A DNA stretch of 64,000 bases from Antedon mediterranea (Eukaryota > Animalia > Echinodermata): contig NC_092670.1 in the NCBI RefSeq assembly GCF_964355755.1, forward strand, positions 10,898,795 through 10,962,794. Direction: 5' to 3'. The notes beneath the pieces are model-generated. The model did not search any database. It was not told the DNA's origin and saw only the letters and a program-made list of their open reading frames with translations. Positions within the stretch are counted from its first letter, which is position 1, and each line of letters starts with the position of its first letter. Shown piece after piece: positions 40,298 through 53,912 of this stretch. The position numbers and the translations under genes were made by a program.

Positions 40298-41686
40298 AAG
40301 CGCCTAGCTTACTATACTAGCCAGCATGCAGCGAGCGGCGAGGCCTCCATTTTGTTGTCGATCTTTGATCATAGTTTGTAGGCCTATGCCTATAGTAATA
40401 AGAGATAATAATAGACATATATGTCAGGCCTACCTTTTATAAAACAGCAAGATTTGTGCCTCATCCTTAATTTGATGCGATTAGCCAATAATACCCATTC
40501 TAGACCTGGCATCTCTGTGCTGCGTGATCACCGATTTTGCCGCCGAGCCACACTGGCACAAACAAAGGGAGCCGTTTTTGGCTGTTGGCTTGCAGTTTTC
40601 TGATTGGTTGTTTACGGTCTGCCGGCCTATACGACGCATGCTCCATTATTTTCAAAAAGTTGTGCAGTATTTCTTATTCTTTAATCGATTTTATTTGATT
40701 TAATTTAAATAACTGTTTGTTGCAATAATATAGGATTACAAATAATAATATTAATTGTATTTTGAATGGTAATTACGGACCATGCTTCTATTCCCGTCAC
40801 CTCAACCCAGAACACCCCCCCCACCTCTCCCCTGGGTCCCCCTGGGTCCTCTCCCGTACTCCCCGACGTACACCCAGCCATCCGCTTTCGCTCTTCTCCG
40901 AATTCCCTTGGTTGTTAGGAAAAAAACTAGTTGCAAAACCAATTGAAACAACCTTGCCCGGTTGAAAAACCGATTGGACCAGTTGACTAGTTGAACTCAG
41001 TTGAGCTTTGGGAATACCAGTTGGCCAGTTGGAAAAACCAGTTGACCTGTTGAAAAACCAGTTGACCAGTTTGAAAAACCAGTTGACCAGTTTGAAAAAC
41101 CAGTTGACCAGTTGAAAAACCAGTTGACCAGTTTGAAAAACCAGTTGACCAGTTGAAAAACCAGTTGACCAGTTGAAAAACCAGTTGACCAGTTGGAAAA
41201 ACCAGTTGACCAGTTGGAAAAACCAGTTAGACCAGTTGAAAAACCAGTTGACCAGTTGTTAAAACCAGTTGAACCAGTTGGAAACCAGTTAGACCAGTTG
41301 AAGACCAGTTGGACCAGTTGAAATTTCCAACTGTTCTCAACTGGAATTTTTACCTGGGCACTCTCTAATTTCTTTGCGTTCACCATTATAGCTTTACTCC
41401 GATTATAAATTTTGAAATAGTTACTGGAAGCCTGATGTATATTTATTACGTCAGAATGTATAAACAAAATTTTCAAAAATTCTATCAACTAAAAGTTGAA
41501 GTAAATCACGTCTCTAGTCCATTCTCAGTTGCCACACTTGTGTTGTTTACTCTGAAATAACCGTTTAATAATCTCTTTGCTTTCTCATGTCCATTCTACA
41601 GTTATCACAGATTGATTAGTTTCATACCCAGTATTGTTTTGGTTTTACAATTAATTGAGAATATACCTCATGCAAGTATTTAATTA

Positions 41687-42509
41687 GGCCCTGTTTCTGC
41701 TGCCAACTAAATACCGTATATTATACTGTATTTTTTGAATACCGTATATATACGGTATATTTTTGGCAGCAGAAACTACGCTCATAGAAAATATACCGTA
41801 TTTTGTATACCGTATTTTCCCCACAAAATTTGTGGATAAAATATGGTATTTACAAATTTATACCGTATTTTTTGTACCCGTTTCTGCTGCCAATAAAAAA
41901 TACCGTATTTTTTTTTTACATGACAAAAGGTCAACATTCGTATTTTTATTTTCTGTCGCTGTCAGCTGTTTTACACACGTGTATATATATATTCGGCGAA
42001 AATGTGGAGCGAAGACGTCACAGTTTTACTAAATAAATTTGTGTGGGGAAGCTAAAATGTCTGGCCAACTAAAAGGTAATAAAAGGGACAACCACATTTA
42101 TAAAGACATTTCTAAAAAAATAAAGCAGGAGTATGGAATAGACTTGTCTCCAAAGCAAGTAAACTCAAAGCTGAAGAGCCTGCGAAAGCAGTACAACATT
42201 GCAAAATACAATAACTCGGGGAGGGAACGAATTAATTGTCCCCATTACGATGTTTTCTGTGCTCTCACAACATCTCTATCACTAGGGCTAGGCTGTTGAA
42301 AGTGAGACGTAAAACTTCCTTTATTGCGACTTTTAATTATCGATCAAATAAATGAATGGCAATTTGGGTAAAAAAGATGAAATTTAACACGACCACCCAA
42401 GAAGTATTGTTAGCAGAAACGGGGTACTAAAAAATACGGTATAAAAAATACCGTATTTTATACCGTATTTTTATACCGTATTTTGAGCAGTTGCAGCAGA
42501 AACAGGCCC
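41687..42509. mobile_element. PIF/Harbinger deletion derivative
   Basis: GGCCCTGTTTCTGCTGC ... GCAGCAGAAACAGGCCC TIRs, TTA TSD, ATACCGTA subterminal repeats. Confidence 0.88.
42003..42299 (+). pseudogene. Myb/SANT-like (trihelix-type) DNA-binding fragment of the Harbinger element
   Basis: WSEDVTVLL (frameshifted) then QLKGNKRDNHIYKDISKKIKQEYGIDLSPKQVNSKLKSLRKQY..SGRERINCPHYD; lies inside the TIRs. Confidence 0.75.
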
Positions 42510-42730
42510 TTAGAATTATTTCAGTTTGTTTTATTTTTGCTCAGTTACTTTTGTCATTGAAACGTAGTAACATTCAATAAATATACAACATGGCATATGT
42601 TGATATTTAAGGTGCTGCAAGGTCCTGAACTCCTAAAGATTGGTGTTCTCTTTATCACTGCCCTCCTGTAACCGTACTTTCTTTTGTTGCTATAGCAACT
42701 GATGCTTTTATTAGAACATTTAGGGGTTAA

Positions 42731-43068
42731 AGATGTATTGTCCCCCTGAAAAAATAATTCTTAACAACATTTTTATTGAATATGCCATTTTAATGTAACA
42801 TAATAGTTATCGACTTTGACAAAAAATTGGATTGAAAAAAAATGTATTTATCTGAAAAAAACTGTAATTTAAAGCAAAAAATGGCCAAATTGGCTGCCAG
42901 CCAGTGGGTTTTTGGTTGAATTTAACCATTTATTTAATCAATTTGTAGGTGAAAACATTTTTTTTTTCTATATGGAACTGATTAACTTTTTTAAAACCAC
43001 AAAATAACATATTTAAAGTCTGATTTAATTAACCTTTTTTTTTCATGTTTTTGGGGGACAATACATCT
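42731..43068. mobile_element. Kolobok-like MITE, 338 bp
   Basis: TTAA-AGATGTATTGTCCCCC ... GGGGGACAATACATCT-TTAA. Confidence 0.88.
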
Positions 43069-44561
43069 TTAATAGGTCAAACCCCTTTATGTTTTTTTTT
43101 GTTTTAGCTGAAAGTGATTTTTTACACTAATACATTCAAAGCTTTAGATTTAGATCTTAAATTTTGTTTGATACTTTCACTTTACCTTGGAAAATACATC
43201 AACATTCATCTTGTGTTTGCTTATGTCACTAATTTCTTAGATCAAAACCAATATAATAAGATATATGTAGCTACATGTACATTTTTATTTCATTTTTAAT
43301 CAATTCAAAACAAGATTCAATTTAAAAACTTTAGCAAACACCATTACAAATACTCCTAAAACTACTAGAATATAATTAATTAGAATATCATTAATTAAAA
43401 TATAGGAAATACTGATTTATGATTAGATATCAATTTGATTTTATTAATTAAAAAGCAATAATAATAATTCAATTCAATTCAAATTCAATTACTTTCACCT
43501 TTACCTTGGAAAATACATAAACATTCATCTTGTGTTTGCTTATGTCACTAATTTCTATAAAAACCAATATAATAAGATATATAATATGTAGGCCTACATT
43601 CATTGTAAGTTTTTTTTTCATTTCAAAACGAGATTCAATTTAAGAACTTCAGCAAATATTAGATTAAAACACTACTAATTATTAATGAAAATATAGGAAA
43701 TACTGATTTATGATTAGATATCAATTTGTTATTATTATATTAAAACAATAATAATGTTACTATTATGTATGTATTAGCATAGTTTTAAATAATAAAATAA
43801 GATTTTTTTACAGAATGAATTGATTAAATTATTTGGTATTACTATAATATTTAAAAATGATTAATAATAAAACATCCATTGTTACTAACTAATAAAAAAT
43901 TCCCAAAAAAATAAATTACAGTTGATATGACAATATATTTTATTATTGATGTTATAAAATGTGGATTATTATAATAAATAATCATTTAATGATAAGGCAA
44001 AATTTTACTTAATAATTAGTAGTTTATTTTTTAATTAATTTATATCCAATATTACTTTGCAAAATTCCAAAATAAAAGATTGAATGAATGAATTATAAAG
44101 AATATAACCATTTAACACCAGATACCCTTTTAATTAAATTAGTAAAACTAAAATAAATACCAATATTATGATTTACTAAAGATTATAACACATCCAAGTC
44201 AGTAGTATCTTTTATTAATAATGGAATTTGATATTACTATGTAGTATTATATATGGGCATATATTTTTAACAATTCTGACAATACTATAATTATTATTTA
44301 ATAAATTATCGTAATCATAAACTTATGTACTGTATGTGATTAAATTAAGACACTGTATATTCAAATTAATTTTATTTCGTCATTATGTTATTAAACCAAG
44401 GTTTTATTATTCATTTAAAATAATTAATATAACACAAAAAGTATAATAACCAAACATGATTTTTGATCTCACTGCATCTTTAATAAAATCAATATTTTTC
44501 CATTTTTTATATTTATGAGCCAAATTAAAGTCAAATTACTAAAGTTATAATTAAAATTTTC

Positions 44562-44809
44562 TTATGGTGCTCTTTTAACCATCATCACTGTCTTCTTGAG
44601 ACTGTTGTATTTATGGAAATGATACCAGATGATGCCTGACCAATCAGCTGTACCTGGTGTAAGGTAAAGCCCATTCAGAGTTGAATGATAACAGGCATTG
44701 TACCACCAAGCACCTTTGCATGCCTCAGCACAGTTAGTACCGCTGCTGTTATCATTGTCTATATCATGCGTTGTAAATTGTTGACCATTGTGCCATGCCA
44801 AAGAATCAC
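44562..44809 (-). CDS. Nested FReD gene, terminal exon
   Basis: GDSLAWHNGQQFTTHDIDND..NCA...GAWWYNAC..LNG...SLKKTVMMVKRAP*; phase 1 matches the upstream donor. Confidence 0.95.
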
Positions 44810-45765
44810 CTAAACAAACAAAACATATCATCTTTAGTTTACTGGATACATGCAGTTTTTTTAATACAATTGTTTTATTTAAACATGTAAAAAATTAATA
44901 TATGCTATGTAAAATGATGCATACCTAATGAGTGTTTTAATTAATTTATGTTTTTTTGAGATTCACATCCTGTTTTAGGGGATTTTTTATTTGTTTAAAA
45001 TCAAAAAACCTTTAAAAAATAGTGTTCTTGTCTTTTTTTATTCTATAAATTATACAATATGGTTGATTTATTTTACTATATTATAATTATAATTTGTTGC
45101 TCATTCAATGTTTGCTTATTATTTTACTTGTTTTCCTTTTAATGTATATGAACCATATTAATTCATATAATAATATTTATTCGATCATCAATGTAAAAAT
45201 AACCAGGAATGAGAATAGGCTAAAGCCCAAACAGATTCTGCACTCACTCCATACAACATAAACAGTTAAGATAAAACCATATACAAGAAAAATACAAATA
45301 AACTATACTATATTACATACAACATGAAATTATGAAAATATGATAAAATTGACATTAATAAAACATTAATATTGTTTTTATATTTTAACTGAAATATACT
45401 TTCAATACAAATGTACTGATTTAAAAAAAACAATGGAAGCGAAAACTAATTTCCAAAGTGTTTAGTAACTACAACATTTAAAATAATAACATTTTTAAAT
45501 GTTAAATTGAAATGTTGTTGTTAAATGTTGGAGCTAATCCATTGAACATTTTGATATCATTTTTAGAATTGTTAGTTTGATTAATTAATTTTAGTTGGTT
45601 GTGTATATAGTAGCTTTTCTTTAATATTGGTCCAATTTCTTTCAGATTTGATATCATGTTGCCTTTTTATCTTTGGGTAGCATATTGTTAAGTTTAACCT
45701 AAATCAATTTCAAATTTCTGTTTTTCTTTTTCTATATTTTTCACATAATACATGATTTGTAAATA

Positions 45766-45866
45766 AAACAAGGCCATACATGGCTGCGGTCACGTGCTCA
45801 AATTTGAGTTAGTGTTTACCGACCAACCGAGTGAGCTGTAGAGTCGCGTTTGCACATGACTAAAAA
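45766..45866. mobile_element. Miniature Helentron-associated (HINE/DINE-1-like) element
   Basis: AACAAGGCC start, CCGACC remnant, terminal hairpin AGTCGCGT..ACATGACT followed by AAAAA; related to 61206-61935. Confidence 0.55.
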
Positions 45867-46315
45867 TTAATTAATTATTAAACACAACTGTTTTTATAGC
45901 TTATATTATACAGTACCAAAGGAAAACTTCATTATACCTGACCTACCGTAGTCAGTGCAGTGAACATTTCCGAACTTGATTTAATACTATTAGAACATTT
46001 TTTCCTCATTTTCTATTTCATTTGTGGTAAGTGTTCCATTTTTAATCATTTCGTTGGCAAGCTAACATCTTTTGTATCTCAAATCTATCTAAAATATGGT
46101 GTAGTACTTTAAAATTAAATTGGAACATTGGCCATGTATGAGTCATTATGTCCCAGTCAATATTCCAGTGACTATTTATAAATGCTGGTACATAACTAGA
46201 TGCAACATGGGATTCTTGTGATGAAGACATATAAATGTGTGAACATTAAGGTATGCTAAATTTACTGTTCTGTAAGCTTGTTTAAACCGTTTAATCCCAT
46301 TCAATGTTCTTATCA

Positions 46316-47227
46316 TCTATATATAAATTTACGTAAGGGCAAAATTCGGTAAATCGCGCGTTATTTCTAGAATGTTTTCTCGATGGTATATAAAGTTTAT
46401 TCGTACTTTCGGTACTGATTTTAACCACCTGATGTAACCCTGTTTACTAATTAAATTGAGTTCGATAATTAGTTATTGACAATTAAAACGAATTTAGGTT
46501 CAACTATTTGCCCCAAATAGGGGTGTTTTTCGATCGTGGTATACACTGTCTAATGGATGTCCATCTTGAAAAATACCCGCAGACAATATTACGAGAATGC
46601 TTCGCATTTTCCTATCTCCTCCTACGATAATTGTTTTTAATGACTGAAAACCGGTTGAACAGTTCGAGTACAGCATCAAAATGTTGAAGACAGGCCGATT
46701 TTCTTTAAAAAATAGGCCTACTATTTTGATAGATTTAATATATGTTTATACAAGTGTATTGATTTGTGATGAATGGAACATTCCAATCTCTGTTCCACAA
46801 GTGTCTATTCCGTCAGGCGTCGTAAAGGCAAGTACTGTATACTCATAACAGAAACTTGATCCATTTTTTTTTTCAATATGTGCTGTAGAGGTTGGATATA
46901 GATTGTTTTTAAATGGAATGAGCTAGCGTTTTCAGTCGCTGTATTTTATGTACAAATCTTTATTATTGCAGTTAAACCACCCACATCATCACCCTTTCCT
47001 CACTGGCATGAGCGTTGTAAAGCCAGTAGAGGATAGGCCTACGGTGCATCACATGCCCTAAACGCAGAACAACTTTGGTGGGTAGGGTAGGAACCGACTT
47101 AAAGTATGAATTTGGCTCTAAGAAACAATTGAAAACCATTAGGCCTACTAATTAAGTTGAGTTAGATAATTTACTATTTATGATTTGCCCCGAATAGAGG
47201 GGGTTTTCGAACGAGCGTACCATCTAG
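46316..47227 (+). mobile_element. Non-autonomous Helitron, internally deleted, 912 bp
   Basis: A|TCTATATATA ... GAGCGTACCATCTAG|T; colinear with the reverse complement of 14720-15606 plus the last bases of that copy. Confidence 0.85.
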
Positions 47228-47435
47228 TTTAAACTCAATTATAGGTAGTCATAATTGGTTTGAAAATTCAGTTTTTAATACTCTTAAAGTGATAAATGCA
47301 ACAACAACAAAAGTGCACAGTGTGTATTTTTAATGCAAGGTACAAAGGTGAGGCCTATAAAGAAAAATAATACTTTTAATTCTTTGTTTACTTGAAATGT
47401 GTTTTTTAGTGTAAAAATTGATTGAATGTACTAAC

Positions 47436-47697
47436 CTGCCGTTCCTGTGTATCCACTGATTTTCAAAGCATAGTTAGAGTCCTCAGTATCAACACGAAAG
47501 TGAGAATATCTTGCAAACTTCATGTCATCCAAGTGGTCAGTCATCTCTATTAGAAGCTCAAAACTGCCATCAGCTGTTAAACGGTTGATTTGTTCATTAC
47601 CAAGCCAGAACTCTGTGTTCACATTTCCAAAACCCTCTTTGTATTCTGCCCAATTACGGTAGAAATCAACTGATCCATCTTGTCTTCTCTGTATCAC
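47436..47697 (-). CDS. Nested FReD gene, middle fibrinogen-domain exon
   Basis: VIQRRQDGSVDFYRNWAEYKEGFG..EFWLGNE..YTGTA; CAG acceptor, G|GTTAG donor. Confidence 0.95.
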
Positions 47698-48717
47698 CTG
47701 ATAATGAAAGGATAGTAATCTATACTCTACAGTCTTACTAAAACAGTGATGTCAAGCCCATCAACTTGAGTAAATAGAAGTAAATGAATTAAGAATCTGA
47801 CCAGTAATATTACGATTAAGGTACATCAATATTTTACAATTTTATTTTGATGTTCCTCATTTTCTACAATTTGATTACACTCATTTTACAATAATTATGC
47901 AAGTTTTTGAACATTTAGTGTGATTGTTCTTTTGTTGTGACCTCCAGACAACACTTCAACAAATCGCTCTGCGTGTGCGCAGGTATAGTTATGTGTGGGT
48001 CGAGAACCCTATTTCTGAAAAGTAACGTTAGTAAAAAATGTGGAAGAATCATTAATTTCTGTTGAACAAAATGATAAATCTAAAGTTATGTTTTTAATAA
48101 AGCCAAATACTGTATTATTAGGAATTGTTCATTGCAATAAGCTATTTATCCATATGCAAGTTTTAAACATTCCTAAACAACTGTTCGCTTAACTGTGTAA
48201 ATGAGTAGAATGTTGATGTCATTCGTTAAAGTCTACATGCTCGTACAAAAGCTCCTTATTTCATTCATGCCATCATCTGTAAGTCAACATCGCCCTCTAT
48301 CTATTTTCAAGATGTAAGGAGTGCAGAGTGCGACGTCATATGTGAATGGAATCCCCTTTCCGTTTATTAATTATGAGAGATGCTTGTACAATGGCTTGAA
48401 TATCGTAAATTTGAAAGTCCTTGTACTTCTGGAACGGATTCTATCTGAAATCATACCATTGTTCTCTATTAATTGTTTTGCTGGTGTCTCTATGGCTGGC
48501 AGTTCTTACGGTAACGTATTGTGATGTGTGTTTTAATAATGAATTAGTAAGCTGTGGCAATGATGTTAGATTTACCTTTGATATCTTTAAATAAATTGTA
48601 AGTGTCTTTCAAGGATACAAGCAAAATTCAATTTTTTCAAGTAATAAGCTAGTGTGTTATAATGATGTTGGATTTGCTCCTTCAGATATCTTTACATAAA
48701 TTGTTGCCTATACTTAC

Positions 48718-48857
48718 TGTCCATCCTGCATCATGCCTCATGTCACAGTACACAGTAAACTCTGGTCTTCCATCACATGTATGGTGTATCACATATTCAC
48801 CACTCACAGCAGAAGGATTATTTTGTAAAATCGTACTACAATCCCTCATAAAACACT
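48718..48857 (-). CDS. Nested FReD gene, first fibrinogen-domain exon (not in ORF track on this strand)
   Basis: TTTTAG|AG CFMRDCSTILQNNPSAVSGEYVI..FTVYCDMRHDAGWT|GTAAGT; canonical RDC/SGxY/VYCDM/GWT motifs. Confidence 0.9.
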
Positions 48858-51817
48858 CTAAAATTACAAAGTTTGAAGATCACATATTAGATATAACATT
48901 GAAATAAGCCTATACATTGAGTGAAACGTCCATTTTGTTATAAGATTAATTTTATAGTAGGTAAATACAAGTGAAAGTACTTTAAGAATATTAAAGAGAA
49001 CATTTACTATAGGCAAATTCAACAGCAACAGTCACGACCAGCAGCCAATCACTAATAATAAATGTGAACCTCCATATAAGAAATAAATTTATTTAATAAT
49101 AAATTGTATACTTACTCATTTTGGAATCAGTGGCCCGGACATGAAGAAAAATGAAATATAAAATAATTAACATACAGTAATGACAGTATATAGATATAGA
49201 ATGCAGCTATTACAGTAATTTAATAATTACAAACTAGTTTTCTTGGTGAGAGAGAGAGAGAGGAACAGCATTTTACAGTAGTTGAAATAGTGAACTTCCC
49301 ATGGAGAGTGACCACATGATAATGTAGGTGCATCACATTGGCCAATTAGTGTAGATATGCTAGTTTGAAGTCACAACCAAAAACATTATTTTTGATCATA
49401 CGTCCACTGCACAGTCACGCATCATGCATGCGTAGAAATGTATTCTGATCGAGAATTGTTGGTTGGTTGGGTTTGGAAATAAAATAAAAAGATATTAAAC
49501 ATCTCACCATGACAGTAAATCAAGAACTAAATAAAGTTTCTTCTTTCAAATAATTTTTTCTTTTGGATGATCCAAAAGAATAAAATATTTGAATACTACA
49601 GTATCCAGAGATCCAGATGAACCTTTTTACTAAAGTTTCTTCTTTGCTCAAATCTAATATTACATATCACTCAATATACTTATACCATGTGTAGTAGACA
49701 ACACATAATATTCAAATTATGATTGACAATATTGCTTTTTCACAGGTTTCCCATTCAAAATTATTTGGGCGTAATTATAGATGAAACACTAACATATGGG
49801 GCATTCCAAAGTATTTTTGTAATATGGACGTGACATTTTTGAGAATATAATTAGCCATATTTTAGAAATAAAAAAGAATACATAACATATATGGCCATGA
49901 ATGTTAATTATGAAAGTCAAACAAATTTATAAGACTGTACAAAAAAATTATTAAAATTCTATGCGTCACAGACAGGCAATGTACATGACTTTTAAGAAGG
50001 TTTAGGTATTGTAATATTTCTCCTCATTTAAAAGAAATCTTAAAATTTATTTTGTATTATGATGTTGCCAGATAGTTGTTTTAGATATAACTGAATGTTA
50101 ATTAACTCCAAATTTATTAATAAATATGATTTATATGTTGTTACAGACGGGATTTTTCCAACGTCGTGGACAGAACACTTTTGTCCAGGTTAAAAAAATT
50201 GTATAATTTTGATATTTACAAAAATAAAATTACATCAGTTTATTCTTTTATTACAAATCAAAATATTATTCAACCTTTGAAACACTGTTGAAAGTTTAGG
50301 TCAAGTGAAAATATTAAAATTCATAAAATAATATAAAATATTATTTATAAAATTAATTATTCAAAGAGTTATAAAGAGAAGCAATAATTGTTAAATTCAT
50401 TTGTTTAATTCATTTATTTTAAAAAACATCATTAATTTAAAAGTTAGGTTTCGTATAAACAAATCTTCAAGCTATTAACACATTTAAGGCGATTCTTTAA
50501 AAATTGACGTTGGCATTTGACGTCTGAATTTCTTAGTGGATCCAAGTTGCACCTGAAATTTTCTTCTATCCTTGCTTGAATTTAATATTATTTCTATTTA
50601 GTATCTGATTTATAAAGGTTTATGGTTGCAAATTCACAAAGAATGAAATCTACAAAGTGAAAAAAAATACAAGTTTAAATCTATTGCAATTTAATATCCT
50701 TAAGAACAGTTGAAAATTAAGTTTTGAAAATACAGATTTTGCAATCATTACTTCAATAAACACTAAATGAGGAAAAAACCCAACCAAAATTTCTCAGAAG
50801 TGACAATTATAATTTTTTAAATGAAAATTATGTATGAATATGAAATTAATAAACAAATAATTGTAATAAAATATTTGATTATGAATAAACCCCCTTTTCT
50901 TGAAGTGCCCTTTCAAACTAGACTAGGCATAGCCGATATGACAATTTCTTGGCTATTCTGTATAGCCAGCAGGCAAATTGTACTTTTCTTACTACTAAGT
51001 CCTAGGAAAATTTGTCTAGTTTATAAATATTAGTATGTTAAAATATTAAAAATAGAAATATATTAATAACATTTAAATTTTGTCTTAACTAAAAGAAGAC
51101 ACATAGATTGTATTTACCTATGTATACAGTACCAGTAATAAATGTAATCTTTATGTTAAATTTACTTCAAATGATTTATATACAATTAAAAAGAAATATC
51201 ATATCTATACACGTAACCATACATATGAGGTATCAAAGTGACTGCAATTGAACCTTTTTTTAAACTATAACATTTAAAAAATCCCCACCTGCACCTTTTT
51301 CCTGTCCTTGTTGTTTTTAATGAACTACAATATGGGTTACAGGTAAACAAGCTTTGCTCTTATGGTCATCCATACTAGCATTTGTTTTTTTATCCCTCAT
51401 GATATTTAAATGGTAAAATAAATTTATACTTGACTCTCTTTTTTATATTGATAGAGATATTTTTTTATTTTATATATGGATTTAATTTATATTTGGATTT
51501 AAGTGATTCTTCATAATATTTTTGTTTATTACTTTTATATACTAAATAAATTTTGGGGAGGTCCAACCATGTTTACATTACTTCACTCTGTAAATTTAAT
51601 TGCTATGGCGTTGCTTAATCTGTATACAATTTGTTTTAAATTCTAGCTATCAATTTAAAACAGAACCCGAGATACAATAGATCACCAAAGTAAGAAAACA
51701 CCTTCAGGAGCCAAAACAATTCCTACTAATAGGCGTTTCCCCGAAACCAAGTTTTGTTGAATACACTACATAAGTTGTTCATTCCATCAGTACACTAAAT
51801 CAGAAAATTTAACTCAC

Positions 51818-52108
51818 CCTTTCGATGTAACAAAACTCTGGCTTTTGAATTACGTTGTTTTCAACTGATGCTTCTTCCAGTATTTGCTTACTGATTTGAC
51901 AAACACGATCTTTCTGGTTATAGTTGACCGACAAGCAATCAGATTTGTGGGAACATTCCAGCAAACAATTTACACGGCTTATATTCTTCAACTCGTAACT
52001 CCAACCCTCAAGAGCCTGTCCCTGGATAACTGTATAGAATGAATTGGTCGAAAGAACGACAATAGGCAGGAGATTAAGAACGACAACCAAAGTTGCAAAC
52101 GTATGCAT
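51818..52108 (-). CDS. Nested FReD gene, exon 1: signal peptide plus PAN/Apple-like domain
   Basis: MHTFATLVVVLNLLPIVVLS hydrophobic leader; C-x3-C-x5-C-x-SVNY-x6-C pattern (NCLLECSHKSDCLSVNYNQKDRVCQI); AGG|GTGAGT phase-0 donor. Linkage to the FReD exons is inferred from strand and position. Confidence 0.78.
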
Positions 52109-53912
52109 TGCAACGTTTTGGAAATACGTATTGACAAAATAAACTGTATGATGTGCCTTCAAATGCAACTTGTCGTACACCTTATTTGTGGTAACAAGGA
52201 ACTACTGTACGTTTTCATCTTCTGATGTGCGTATTATAGATGTTCCATCCAAGTATAATACAATAGAACTTTGTCTGCACCAATCAAAAACGTGTTAGTA
52301 ATAATACTGTAACTATGTATGAACAAATTTCTAATAGCCTATCAAATCGAACCATCAAATTCATGGAGTTTTTGAATTATATATTAATATAAATTGAAAT
52401 TACTATGTAGCTGGATTATAACATTCTATGATCAATGTTCTGTTGTTTTTTTTAACAAATTCAGTGTTTTGGTTCAAGTATCTCTATTTTTAAATCTTAT
52501 TATGCCTCGAAGTCTAATTTAATTTATTTTCATTATTTAAAACACCTTCTCTGCATGTAGAATAATAGAAGCTGCATTATTGTAAATTTAGTATCGTGTT
52601 TGTTGACAGTTGACATAAATTAATTTTCCATATGTTGTTTTCACATTGCTACTAGGACATTACTTTTTAGTAATTGTTGTTGAGGCAACGATATATAATA
52701 AACAACTACTAATATAATGTAAAATAGCTGTATAATTTATTTCCAAGTGAATAATATATTAAGATTCCAATCGATGAACAATAGATAAGATTGCAACAAG
52801 CTAGTAATGATGCGTAGCAGATATTAGGATGAATGTGTTTAAACTTTAGAAGCATGTGATTTAATAGTTTCACTAGTCACATTCTATTATGACCAATAGG
52901 AATTAAGAATGTCATTGGTGTGCTTGCCTTATGCATAAGGAGTGACCACATTCTTTCATGTAGACTAGTGGACTGTGGTTAATTAATATTTATTGCTTTA
53001 CTAAGAAAAGTTGGTAACTATCTAATGAAAAAAACAAAACAAATTAAGTTAAGGAACAAACTGTACATATATCTTAGGGAGATGAATCTGCGTGCCAGAC
53101 TTAGTAATTCTGACAGGGTCAGTAGCAATGCTCGTAATGTTATATGCTTATTTTGAATCGGCATTTATATATTATATATGCCATCTAGAACACTCTGTCA
53201 GAGATACAGATTAAATTTTTATATTATATAAGCTTATGTTTTGCGGCGTGCATGAGGTAGAAACATGAGCAAGAATACTTGCCACCCGTTTGATAATCAT
53301 TTTTTAAATGGTGCATGTGAGTGCACATGCTGCTGACCACTTGCTGTCTTCACATCTAAATGACCTGATTGTGACGTAGTAAAATGGTTCGTGAATTACT
53401 AAACGCAGCATTCAGTATTTGCAAAGAAATTGGTTTAAACACAAATTTTTCATAAAAATGTGCCATTCTATAATGGCTTAAATGAATAAAGGAGAAATAA
53501 AAGGTGCCCAAGCTCAAACAGATTATCGGACTTGCAGTTTAGGAGGAGATACAGGAACAAACTTTGGCTTAGTGCTATTATAATATGATGATCAACGAAC
53601 AAAACATCTTAAACAGTCCCTTTGCTCAAGATTACATATCCAACCTTTCCAGAACTTGGAACCATCCCTTACCTTCATATCACTTTCAACACCCACCAAA
53701 AATCATTTCCGTACCCCTGTGTTGAACTATAGTATATATTTGAATAGCTTTAAAAAAAAAGTGACCAATAAAGAAATCTGATGTAATAATAAAACTAGCG
53801 TTAAATTTGTCTGTTATAAGACAACATTTAATGTACCCTATCTAGTGAGTTTACTGGTGCAATTATTAAATAAAGAAATTAAATTTAATTTTGTTCTTTA
53901 TTGTTCTTTTAG

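Larger units (their letters stand above)
35471..41358. mobile_element. EnSpm/CMC-like non-autonomous transposon, 5.9 kb
   Basis: 22-bp TIR CCCAGGTAAAAATTCCAGTTGA, CA duplicated on both sides, and subterminal CCAGTTG arrays at about 35480-35745 and 40925-41340. Confidence 0.85.

Noticed and set aside
40997-41488. 163-aa ORF with NWSTGFS repeats (also ORFs at 35409-35691)
   Set aside because: Products of transposon subterminal CCAGTTG arrays.
42039-42299. Host Myb/SANT transcription factor gene
   Set aside because: Frameshifted, truncated and enclosed by Harbinger TIRs with a TTA TSD.
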